A DNA stretch of 57,969 bases, the filler included, from Sphacelaria rigidula (Eukaryota), in NCBI GenBank assembly GCA_964200075.2. It is 4 parts of 4 records of this genome, joined end to end, with 100 filler letters (N's around TTAATTAATTAA, not from the genome) between each part and the next. Parts side by side here need not be neighbours in the genome. Positions count along the whole stretch, not along the records: positions 1 to 14,418 come from CAXNAA020002260.1; positions 14,519 to 28,936 come from CAXNAA020002261.1; 2 more parts are not named here. One strand, written 5' to 3'. Each line of letters starts with the position of its first letter. The stretch's first letter is position 1. The notes beneath the pieces are model-generated. The model was not told the DNA's origin, did not search any database, and worked only from the letters and a program-made list of their open reading frames with translations. The position numbers were made by a program, and so were the translations under genes. Shown here one piece after another: positions 10,601 to 21,269 of the stretch.

Positions 10601-13122
10601 GCTCAGATGGAAAAAAAACTATACTAAAAACTTGCACATCTCAGCTGTCAGCGGGTGCATGGCACACACGACCATTCCTGCAATGACAATATATTTGTGG
10701 TGATAACAGCAACAGGTAAGACTGATGTACAAAGATCCCTCCTCCACGTTTTCAGCTTTCTCCTCATGTAGATATCTACTGAAAAGCAGGACATTCGACC
10801 CATCGGCGGTTAAGCGGATATCAGCAAGTATCGAAAGGGTTCTACCAAAGGTTTTGCACGTCGCTACGGTGGTGAAAGAGCCGGTCTTGTTTGTACCCAA
10901 GTGGCGAAAGTGAACTATACACACGGCTGCATCATTTACACAGAATGCCTCAACTAGGAATCATCAACAACTTGGGGAGGCAAACTAGTAGCGGGGCTCT
11001 GTGGGCAGACCTAAGCTAGCGGACCTATTTGGGTACTGTGCGGTTGAGGTAAATGTGCTTACCGATGTGTAATCGTAGCCGAATGCACGCCTCTCTACGA
11101 GTCTAACATGCTTGTGTTGCCCCGTCAACGCATTCTACACAGCACCGTCAACATGAGAAACTTATGAAATCCTTGTATATACGAGGCTGCTAGAGTTACT
11201 TCGATTGGATTAGATGAAATCGCGCACAGTACCGCAGAATTACAGTAGCAATGATACTGCGCGACAACGGATGTTGTGATGTCAAGCAGATGTTGAATGG
11301 TGGAAATACACACCACCTGGCACGCAATTTGCATCCTACAGTCGTGAGCAACACGCAATTCGCTTTGCCTTATTAATGTGTCTGGCGGTGTCACTTAACG
11401 CGGCGTGCGTAAAGAATTTTGGTTTGTTGACTTCTGTGTGAGCAGCGTGCGCTCTGATGACGAATGCGGAAAGCACGTGACTCGTCAGGCGTTCTGCATG
11501 TATGTGCATGCTCGTCATACTTTGTTCTTGTGTTTTGGAAGACATCATCGCGTGTAGCATAGGCATGCGTCGCGGCAGTGTGACCCTATTTGGACTTGCT
11601 CTACCCGAGCGTTTTCCTCTTGACGTGCTATCATTATCAAAGTCGGAACCCATATAACTGAAACACTAGCCTTTTCTGCCGCCTACACATGCTTCCCATA
11701 ATGATTCGCATTGCCACAGAACCTGGAGAAGGTACTGGACAAGATGATGGCCGCTTGCCAGCCCCCGGAGGCGAACCCATGGGAGTCCGAATCGGCGATA
11801 CTCAATCGGATCGATGCTACTCTCGTGCGACGATTGCATGAGCTGCGTCTGGACGTGGAGAGGGATGTCCACCAGCGACTGGAGAAAAATGTGGACACCT
11901 TGTTGAACACTGTTGGAGCGAAGATCGACAGGTTAACAACTGGTGGGCTTGGTGACTCGGAGAGAGGCATGCTGCGAAACGTAGCATTTGACATCGCCTA
12001 TTTGCGTTGGCCGGTGCCGCGCTTGGCGTGTCTCCTGCCGGCACATGAAGGGGCTCTCTCTGAGGTCGCCAGAAGCTATTCGAGCTGGTCTGTTCGATTG
12101 CAGAGGTGGTGCCACGGTGGCAGGGTAGACGGTAAGGGAATCTTCAGCAGGAAACTGAGGCTGTTTCTCCTTTGCGCTCATGATATGAGCCTCGTGAAGT
12201 GCGGCCCTGGAGGGCAAGGATACGAGGTCAAGGAGCTGTTGGCCTGGGTGAGGAAAGCAAAGGTGGCGGCCAAGGTGGGTTTTGTCCTCGGGAGCATCGC
12301 GCTCAAGGTGTGCACTGGTTTGGCGGTTCCTGCTGATCAAATTGACTCTGCCTTTGGAGAAGCACTAGGAGGTGTGGTATCCAAAATTGTCGAAGAGGGC
12401 GCGAACAACGTGGCGGAGGAAGTGAAGTGCAGAGCGCTAGAAAGTCTGAGTGGCGATGATGATGCAGATCAGCTGAGCTCTTTGGATCCCGCTCGAACGG
12501 TGAGCGAGACATTGATTGATCCTCACTGTACCTCAACGTGGTCACCTTATGCCAACTGTGCTACGACTCCCCAGGCGGAGAGCATTTTTCAGGAGTAAAA
12601 ATACTCCTCAAATGAATAATTTATTGGCCAATCGCTATGGTGTGCGCATACCCGTGCACTCCCGTGAGGTCATGAAGTTCCGTGCGATATTGGCGCAAGA
12701 GCATTGTGCGCAGGTGGACAGATTGGTGTGACCCACCTAATGGTGTTCCTCGTTCGAAATGAGTTTTTATACACGCGCCTCTTCTCTATACGTCCCACAT
12801 CTTATTCCGCGGGGTGGCAACAAGTGGAAGCTCAGCTGTACAGCAGCTCGAATTCTGCGTGCATCTATTTTCCGACTTCTGTGCATCTGGTCCGTGACGT
12901 GCCCCCTCATAGGCGAGTTCTCTCCCACTGGATGGATTCATTTATGAACAGCTGAGGGATACGGTCAAGGGGTTCGAGGTTGAGGGATACAAGACCAAGA
13001 AGCCGGATTCATCGTTTCACAGCTTCAGTAGCGAGATGCAGCTTGTTGACAGGGGTGGGCGTGGGGTGGAGTGGGCATGGGTCAGACGTAGGAACTTCAA
13101 AACGTTTGTGGGTGACAAATGA
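4678..13122 (+). CDS. LRR-ROC-COR GTPase of the ROCO family (multi-exon; 5' end uncertain)
   Basis: Phase-compatible GT-AG exons: 4678-4726 (HHSLTKLYLRWTWCRG, LRR-like, less certain), 5242-5624, 6771-7592, 8172-9023, 11720-12499 and 12913-13122 (TGA); about 1030 aa. Last LRR GIP...LPNLRIVGLHDN, then PPxEV cap, P-loop GAVCAGKTT, switch I TRGVDV, WDFAGH.EYYSTHQ, G4 VATHAD. COR-like segments follow (GQKIPVSW, LVHLDPSWI, FVVPARLP, VPPGIIAQF). Confidence 0.88.
5935..6253 (+). mobile_element. Degenerate LINE fragment (RT core plus 3' end) in a ROCO intron
   Basis: TLSPTLFKIFITDL...GLIADDFVG..TPEGLQKQ matches non-LTR RT motifs and has an in-frame stop. 6168-6253 matches the element end at about 56465-56560. 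Confidence 0.8.
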
Positions 13123-14418
13123 GATATTGGTAACGAAATCTTCACTCATGGCCCCGTTGCAGCTGGACGGGTCCCAGCCGGGTCCAAAAGCAGCACTCAG
13201 TCATATGCCCAAACACCAACTCATTATACTGAATTGGCCACGGTCGTTTGCAGATGTAATATGTTTCATATTCGCCCTTCAGTCAAGTTGATAAGATCCA
13301 TCCGCAGCCGAGCCCCCAGTATGCAGTGGGCCATCTCTTGATTGCGTCCAACGGCATTTGGCGCATGCAGGTTGCACCATATCACGCAGCTTTTGGTGTT
13401 GTTCGCATGGGAGTTCAGGAATGTTTTGGAGGGAAGCATCCTCCCAAGTGTTGAAGTCGAACAGATTCGAGGGGGTGGTGCCCGCTGTTGTGTAGGACTC
13501 GAGAGTACGTGATTCTTTTGCCAAGTGGCGCCTCGAATCTAATTTGGTATCGACAACTACTCACGGTTTCTAGGCAAGTGGCCGGTGCTTGTAGTTTTTG
13601 AAGAAGAGCTTGAGGTAGATTTGGCAGTAGTCGTTGCTCAAAGTGTGCTCAGATTTCTTCGTGCGTGGTGACGCAAGAAGATATCGAAGTGGAGAAGATT
13701 ATGTTCAAAAGGGCCAATACAAACGTGCGCTTGAGATTGACAGCCCGGGGTTCCTCTTGCTGGGTTGATGCCATTTCCGAACGGGGGGTAGCGCGAGCAG
13801 TAATTGCCCTTACGGCAACGTGAGTTAGGGTTTCGTGTATGATGTGTGGGAGGACCGCATCGGAGTTCAAACACCCCTGCAGGGACTGGACCGAGCGGCC
13901 TTGAAAAACGTCGATCCTGGGCTGTTCAAATTCTGATGCGGTCCAAAAAGCACGCGGTCCTCCCATGCATTGCAAGCCAATACGCAATGCGCAGGGTAGT
14001 GGCATGATAGGTATACGCCATTTCCCTTTGGGGCTGACTGGCGAATAGTGGAAAGTCTTGGGTTACGAGAATACTAGTTCACCCCTGTATTTTCCTCTCG
14101 GTTAGTCTGCCTTCTTCAAGTTATGCAACGGTAGCGAGTTTTACCTTTGACTGAGGGTGTTTCGGCTACTGCTCTGTTAGTGTGCATGCCTTCCAAATCT
14201 TGTTTTCCTCTTTTGTTCTCTGTTTAACGGTTTCTATACCGTCCCTACGAAGCTGGGACGGAGCGCGCCGGGTTTCCAACGAAGTGACGAACTGATTCGC
14301 AATGCACGTTCACGGCCATTTCCCCCTTTTCCTCCCTAGTTTGAACTGTTATGGTGTTGGGAATATGCACAGCCTGGCTGCTTGCATTGTGTGAGTTTTT
14401 ACTCTGCTAACAAATCAG

Positions 14419-14518
14419 NNNNNNNNNNNNNNNNNNNNNNNNNNNNNNNNNNNNNNNNNNNNTTAATTAATTAANNNNNNNNNNNNNNNNNNNNNNNNNN
14501 NNNNNNNNNNNNNNNNNN
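14419..14518. other. Artificial contig spacer
   Basis: 44 N + TTAATTAATTAA (stops in all six frames) + 44 N. Confidence 0.97.
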
Positions 14519-15949
14519 CCTCCTTTTTCAAATTATTAATGCGCCACAGAACGGGCTAATGGTCGGATTACTATGCCATGCACGTCACCCCCCCCCCCCC
14601 CCCATCGCCCCTCAATACCGCACTAGTACCGTCATGATCTAGTCGACGCGTATCACCCCGCGATATGCGATATGCTGAAAGCTTTCCACCGTTGCGGGAT
14701 CAGCTTGCATCTACACGTCGATCGAGGGGCACGCATCCGGCAAACCCACCACCGGAGCGCTCGGGCTCAACAAACCTCACGATTGACGACCCGTCGATTT
14801 CGTGGCCTCCGACAGCTACGGGCAGCGATGACACCCAGTTCTCAAGGTGATAATGTCAGATTTCACAGATGACACCCTGGTGGCCGAAGGGTTGATTCCT
14901 GCGAGAGAGAGAGAGAGCTCCTGGTTTTGAAGAGTTGACCTTCACATGAAATCGCTTATTTTTTGCCGCCTGTGACGTATGCTCCTACTTTGGCCCTTGA
15001 CCGACGTTTTTCGTTTTTGAGCGTACAAGGTACGGCTACGCGGACTAGACCACGTCGGAATGACGCGCAGATGTACCACCGTCATCATTCAAACCTACAT
15101 AGCAATTGGAAACACTTCTTCTACAGGCCCAAAGTCAGAGTTCGGGCACCGGAAGATGCGAAGGCGCGTCAAAGTCCTCGTCGATAGTGAAACAAAGTAG
15201 TGCTGAGATAGAATAATCCGCTTGACCATCGTTTCACGCGACAAACGATTTCAAGGGCCGAAATACTGTACACCTTTTCGAGGCAATGGACTTGTTTGCC
15301 GTTGTAAGAAGTGGTGCAAATCTCATCTCACGATTCAGGCCAGGGGCGTCTCGGAGGCGACATGTTCACATCATGGGGCTGTCGCAGCGAGCCTTTGACG
15401 CGTGCGCACTACTTCTATAGACATCATAGACGGCGATAAAGGCCATGAAAAAAAAAAACATGGCTCTTCTCGTTGAAGATTTTCGACCTTGGGAACAATT
15501 TACCGCGGTTGATCAACCACCACGGTAATTGTAAGGCAGTATTCAGTCACCATGGTAACGGCACGGTATATGCGACTATATATATCTTTTGATCTATGGT
15601 TCATGTTTGTTTGTTTTTTTATCCAGAGTGTCGTGTGGCGACGTGAGTACGTTCACAGAACACGCAAAATCGAAAATGTTTAAGTGCAACCCACAATAAA
15701 AAACCAGTCTCCAGATCACACGTAGACCCTCGCGGTCACCAGGACGAAAACTAAAAAGCAACAGCTACACCCGTCAATGTCAGCAACTTCATCACCATAA
15801 CAAAGCCATCAAATAACCCACCTCCCCCTTAGAACTTACGGTATTGTATGTACGGCATAATATTCTCACATCGACACAAGTACTTCATAATTTCAGGGTC
15901 TGAGTTCGGGTAAAAGAAAAATATATTTACAGGAGAAAAGAACATACCT

Positions 15950-16056
15950 TTTACATAAAGAGAAGAAAAAGCAAATAGAGAGAAAAAAAACGAAAGGATT
16001 ATGTCAGGTGTCGAACTCACGATACAACTGCCTCTGTCAACTGGCCTATAGAGGCC
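15950..16056 (-). mobile_element. Possible tRNA-derived SINE head
   Basis: Minus strand has A-box-like TAGGCCAGTTGAC and B-box-like GAGTTCGACACC followed by a T-rich body; no full cloverleaf. Confidence 0.4.
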
Positions 16057-16755
16057 TGATTCTTTAATACGATGACGTGAACTGCGTTTGTACCGTAATA
16101 GGTAATTTGTTGTTTTTACGATAATCGTTACCGCGGTAACGAGAAATCGCGGGAATTGCGATATTCGCCTGGTATTCTTCTTACATGGGATTAGGATATG
16201 TTGTTTTGCTTGGGATGGGGACGGCAATTTCAATTTATAACGGTAAACTAGTTTGTATGGGTACGGTGATCCTACTCTATCACAGTAACGTAAAAAATAT
16301 TTCGCAAGTGAAATTATCGCGGGAATACTACGAAGAAGAGCTTTGAAAAAAATGGGCTTGGGTAGGATATGCACCTTTGGAGTTGCCCCAGCAACTTCAT
16401 CTTTACTCTCTGATGAGAGCATGTTGCTCATCCCCCCCTCCTCCTTACAGGATCAGGCGTAGATGCGAACGTAAGCGGTGAAACGCACTAAGGTCATTAT
16501 CCCATCACAGTCTCGTCCGGGAGGGGGTTCGTGAAGCCACTAACAGAGCTTGTGCGAGAAACTTAAGCACCATGCACACGACTGCTTTAGAGGTGAAAAC
16601 TCTAAAGATTCAACAGAAAATGTAACTGCACGACTCTGTAGCAGCGTATATCTGCAGGATAAGCGATAGGTGCACGCCCCCCCCCCCGCCCTTCCCCATT
16701 GTCCCCCAGTCCTCCACTCTCTAACCCCCCTGTCCCTAAACACCCGCTTACATAC

Positions 16756-18982
16756 CTCATTACAAGATCAAACGACTGAGGGGCGAATGGCAAAAACTCC
16801 TCGTCAACTAGAACATGACTCGTTCCGACATCCACCCCCGCCTCGTGTTCGTTTCCCTCTTCCCCATTTCCAAGTTCAGCCGCTGCCTGGGCCTCCCTAG
16901 CGTCATTCGCGCTACGAATTCCTCTCAAGAGTGCATGCTCCGAGAAATCGCACTGTGTTATGTGCTCTATTCCACCGATCCCACCCTTACCACCCAGGCC
17001 TGGCTGCTTCCGGGTAAACGAGGGGCGACAAAGGTGGGAAGTGCGGGCCGGGCGGGTGTATGTGGCTGATGAGGGTGTGTGTGAGTCATGTACATGCATT
17101 CCCGAGGTTACAACTGCAAAGCACAAGACGAGTCGAAGGAATGTTACCCAACTGTCGCGTTGAAACCGTCAACACTTTCACTGCGATATTTTTGGGCGGG
17201 GATATCCCTCCTGCATGCAGAAGAACGCACTTTAAAATCAAGCCATAAATGCTTGCATTGACACATATCGATACACCGAAAATGACCACGATACTCTGCG
17301 CGTCGTCAAAGAGACACTGAATAAGGCCTGCTGCAAATAAATGTAAGAAAATCAGGGAGTGTGGGACGGCATAGGTTATTAGAGGCGACGCGTCATCACA
17401 TTGACGAGTGAGGGTAAAAACGCAAGTAGCTGCGTACAGCAGCTACCTGGGCAGAGTATGATCATCCTGCGGGGATCGCTGTCTGTCTAGGGAGGAGCAC
17501 GGTATGCAGTGCAACAGAGATTTACAGATTTGCAGACCATCAACTGCAACGACGTGGAAAACACACACCGGTATTACCTGAGCACTGACGGCGCGATATA
17601 TATGCCCAGCGTGTGCGCCTAAATCCAAGGCTCGCGGGAACTCCCTAGATATATCCTTAGCGAACGGCGGGGGACACGGCGGCAAAAGGAAGCTGAGACT
17701 TCTGGATAAAAGTCAGAGACGAAAGGTCAGCTCGGTTTCTGCACAGTTTTTTGGCGCATAGGCGAGCATACAGGACGAGGAGTAAACTGTAACAGCAGTC
17801 GAAATGCACAGTACAAGCAGATAGAACTGTCTCGTCCGGTCCAGTCCAGCCCAGTGCAGTGCAGTACAATAGTGCAGTATAGGCCATGTGGACATAGTGC
17901 GATCGATGCTTCGGTGCACGAGAATTTTCAACGGCATCAATCATCTCGTCCTCCGGCGAAGATTGAGATTTGTAAGCGCTGTTATTCGTGTCCTGTCGCA
18001 TCTTCACCCAAACTGAGTAAGCTGCATGGCAACAGTACAGCACAGCTGACAGTTACTGGCACTTGTTTTGCTGTTCCATGCTGCATCGGCGATGATACGC
18101 TGTGCTGTACTATCTGTGCACATGATTTAACCTCATGGGGATGTGCTCTGAGCTCCCCTTAGATGGGTCCTAGGTGGACCACTGGAGACATGAGTATAAC
18201 AACTGTTGTGGGTAAACAGCCCACCTCAGTCAGGGATTAAGGATTACGTATAATACAGTATATCATCATCAAGAGTGCTATTCGAAAAAAGAAATAAAAC
18301 TACTTAGCAACGCCGTGGGTTCAAACGCCGTCGAAGGCTGGTGGATGCTACTGTTCCGAACAGAGGCCTGGTGTCAAAGGGGTTGTCAACCCGCCTGAGA
18401 TGCATCCTAGGTAGACCAACGGAACAACGTGAAGAGCAACTGCTTTGGCCAGATATCAAGTCGGGGATTGCGGACCAGACAAAACATGGTATGGTGTTGC
18501 AGATGGCGGATTTTGGAAACAGAGGAACGACAGAGCTATACCTGTAGCGTCGGGTACTCTAGTTGAAGATCAGTTCGTGGTATATTGTTCCGAAAAGAGG
18601 TCTCCCCTTCAAGTGCTCTAAGAAAAGAGGTTCAATTGACTACTGTAACGAGTGCTCTAAGTGCGCAGCTTGAAGGAACTGTAAATGCCTGCGTGAAACG
18701 CTACTGCACCACCAAAGCTCTCACCTCTAGTCGATCTACCAGAGCAGCAGCGATATGCTCCCTCAAGTAGTCGTACTCGCCCTGGGGATCAGCGGCCGCA
18801 GCCCTATCTCGCTGCTGGCGCTTCACCGCCCGATCAAACACTTTCATCGATGCTGTCGTCGTATCCGACAGCGATCGACGGCTGCCTAATTGTCTACTAC
18901 TACGATGAAAAAACGAAGAAAATACACCACAAGTAGCGCTTGTTTCGCCAGCTCCTGCTGACAACAATTGTCTGAGCACCAT
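16756..18982 (-). CDS. NDUFAF5: NDUFAF5-like mitochondrial complex I assembly factor (SAM-methyltransferase fold), 5' part only
   Basis: Exons 18982-18725, 17655-17578 and 17003-16756 splice in frame. Arg/Ser-rich presequence, then VFDRAVKRQQRDRAA, YDYLREHIAAALVDRLEDISREFPRALDLGAHAG, DEEFLPFAPQSFDLVM, all typical of the family. Downstream exons were not found before the contig end at 14519. Confidence 0.85.
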
Positions 18983-19356
18983 GGTTCTCTTACAGTACTT
19001 GAACGAGACGAACAGCACTCTGTGATGGCGGAGTGTTCGGAGTGGTGCTACGCGTAGCGAGTGTCATTGTTAGTTATGGCGGGAAGCATGATATATATGT
19101 CTAGTGCAAAGTCAATTTTGCGTGGATACTTATCTGAGGTACACTGAAAAAACTAAGTGCCCAATGGGTGTTGTGCGTTTTTCATTAGTGTTCTTTTTCC
19201 GGTGTGTATCACGAGGGTATTCGGTCTTTGACCGCGGGTCTGAACAGCGTCAATTGGATATAGTAGATACGTAGCCAGAGCGGCCCCCTGCGAAGCTATG
19301 CGCAGTGAGTGCTCTGTGGTTGTGTAGTCCGTCGGACTCCGTCTGGCAACGTGATC
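18983..19356. promoter_or_regulatory. Putative bidirectional promoter / 5' UTRs
   Basis: 374 bp between divergent start codons at 18982 (-) and 19357 (+). Confidence 0.5.
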
Positions 19357-21269
19357 ATGTCGATGTCGTTAGTTGGAGATTATGCGGAATCTGACTCGGA
19401 AGAGGAGTCAGAGGAAGAGGAGGAGGAGGAGGAGGAATCCAAACAAGAGCAAACGACGGAAGCGACCAAGCCTTCCAAGCCGACTGTGCGTTTGAAGTCT
19501 TATACCTGGTACAGTGTGTGCAGTACATGCCAGAGCAAAGCACCCGTCAGCCAATTTGGTGTTCCCATGCATTGCACTGTCGCTCGGCAGAGTTGAGCAT
19601 CCACAAATTTACGGACGATCCCGTACAATGCAACTCACCGCTCTATTGCCCACAGCTGCGGGTGTAATGTGCCGAGGAGCGTAGAGGTTCGAGTCCACTG
19701 TCTGAGCCAGGACTCTACAATACTACTATTATACTGTATAGTTCGGCAACAGCGGCACAACGACAGCAACCAAAACGCCCGCATTTACCGCGTATCGACA
19801 CGTCGGCTCATACCTATGCCCTCCCGTAGAAGCTCCGGCAACAAACGATCGGGGCCCACTTTCGCTTTCACTGCAGCAATACAGTGCAGGGTACCAGCGT
19901 CCAAGTAATCACCAACTCTCAGTGCGACAATATTGCCCATACGAAGTCTCCTCTCTGCCGTGACAAGTACCTGGTACACGGCATCATAGGAGTTCAGTCG
20001 CGTCCTCTTTCCAACACACGCACACACACAACCTGACGCCATAACTCTCTGCTGTCGCGTTCCGCTCCCCGTCCCGCGGTTCCACCCGTATCTCCCGCAT
20101 CATGATTTTGGTACCACCACTTCCATTACCTCCCGGAATGGCCCAAAAGTTGTCCTTGCCATCAGCGGCGGATCTCTTCGACTCAGTCGATACAGCATCG
20201 TTCATGTCGACGCCGGGCCCCGTACCAGAAAGCCCATACACGAAGGCACCAAAAGGCGGCGACGCGCGAGGGGCAGGCGCATCAGGCAAGAATAACAGCA
20301 GCGGAAAGAAAAGGAAGTCAGGAGATCTAGCGTCGAAGGGAGGGGAGAAAAAGGAGTCTAGTCGGGGTCTTGTGCCGCCCCAGATGACTCGACCGAACGT
20401 TGTCACCGAGGATTCTGCGTTGTGGTCGTCTGATGCCACCATGAAGCGCCAGAGGCAGTTGGAGGCTGAGCGGAGGGCAGGCGGAGGGGCTGCAGGGTCG
20501 GGAGCAAAGGGGAAAAAGGGGAATAAAGATCTTTCATTTAAACAGCGAGAGAAGGTGAACAAAATCTAGTGGCTTGCATACCCTCAGCCCAAACAGAAAA
20601 AATCGCATGCCCTTCGGCAAGAGCAGCATATTCAAGTGTGCTGATCGTTTGCTTGTCAAAAACTGCGCTTGGGACAGGCTTCGTGCCGCTCTATCGCTAT
20701 TGTGGGACATGCTGCATCTCCGCGGCGTTTTATTTCGTTTCTGTATGTTGGATTATCGTCGACGTAAACCCCTTGTCGTTGTCGCCTGTTTTTTTAAACA
20801 AAGCCATGAAGAAGCGTACTACATGTCACAAATTGGTCTCTAGTACCGTGTACAGTGAGGCACATATCGATTGTAAGTTCACCTCAACAACGTTTCAACT
20901 CTCGGACGATCAAACCAGGCTGATCGAGCGAGCAAGGTTGATCACTTTCGGCCATCTTGAGTGGATATATGTATTGCAGCTTTCACCGTATTCGGTAACC
21001 TCGCCTGATGCCATCTCGCAGCCATAATATTAAAATCAGTGTCAGTGCCCAAGGGTGAATACCTATCAAAATACTTCCAGCCGACACCCCGACCTCGACA
21101 CCATAGGACAAACCGTCAGGATATTCATGTTCCCCCGACTTCCCTTCCACATTTTGCTGAATTTGCGTTGGTATGCCGTCAGGTTAAACGAGATAAGGGG
21201 CAGCAATCACGGGGCAAAAGCTACGTAGAAGAGGAGAAGCGATTGCTGCGGGAGCTTGGATCTAGTTAA
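19357..21269 (+). CDS. Small acidic/basic uncharacterised protein, C1orf52/UPF0690-like
   Basis: Exons 19357-19485, 20150-20554 and 21183-21269 (TAA), all phase 0, about 206 aa. N-terminus SLVGDYAESDSEEE, motif LPSAADLFDSVDTASFM, C-terminus FKQREKVKRDKGQQSRGKSYVEEEKRLLRE. Gene structure is clear; the family name is from recalled motif similarity. Confidence 0.72.

Noticed and set aside
6777..12545. Antisense ORFs of 100-190 aa overlapping ROCO exons
   Set aside because: Shadow ORFs of GC-rich coding exons with no recognisable motifs.
14463..14474. TTAATTAATTAA palindrome recurring every ~14.5 kb
   Set aside because: Embedded in N runs; an artificial six-frame stop linker, not biology.
14780..14850. 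Minus-strand ENWVSSLP as the missing NDUFAF5 exon (LHWVNDLP)
   Set aside because: Similarity too weak and no suitable splice phase found.
16000..16056. tRNA gene
   Set aside because: Only A/B-box-like motifs; no acceptor or anticodon stem, so kept as a low-confidence SINE.
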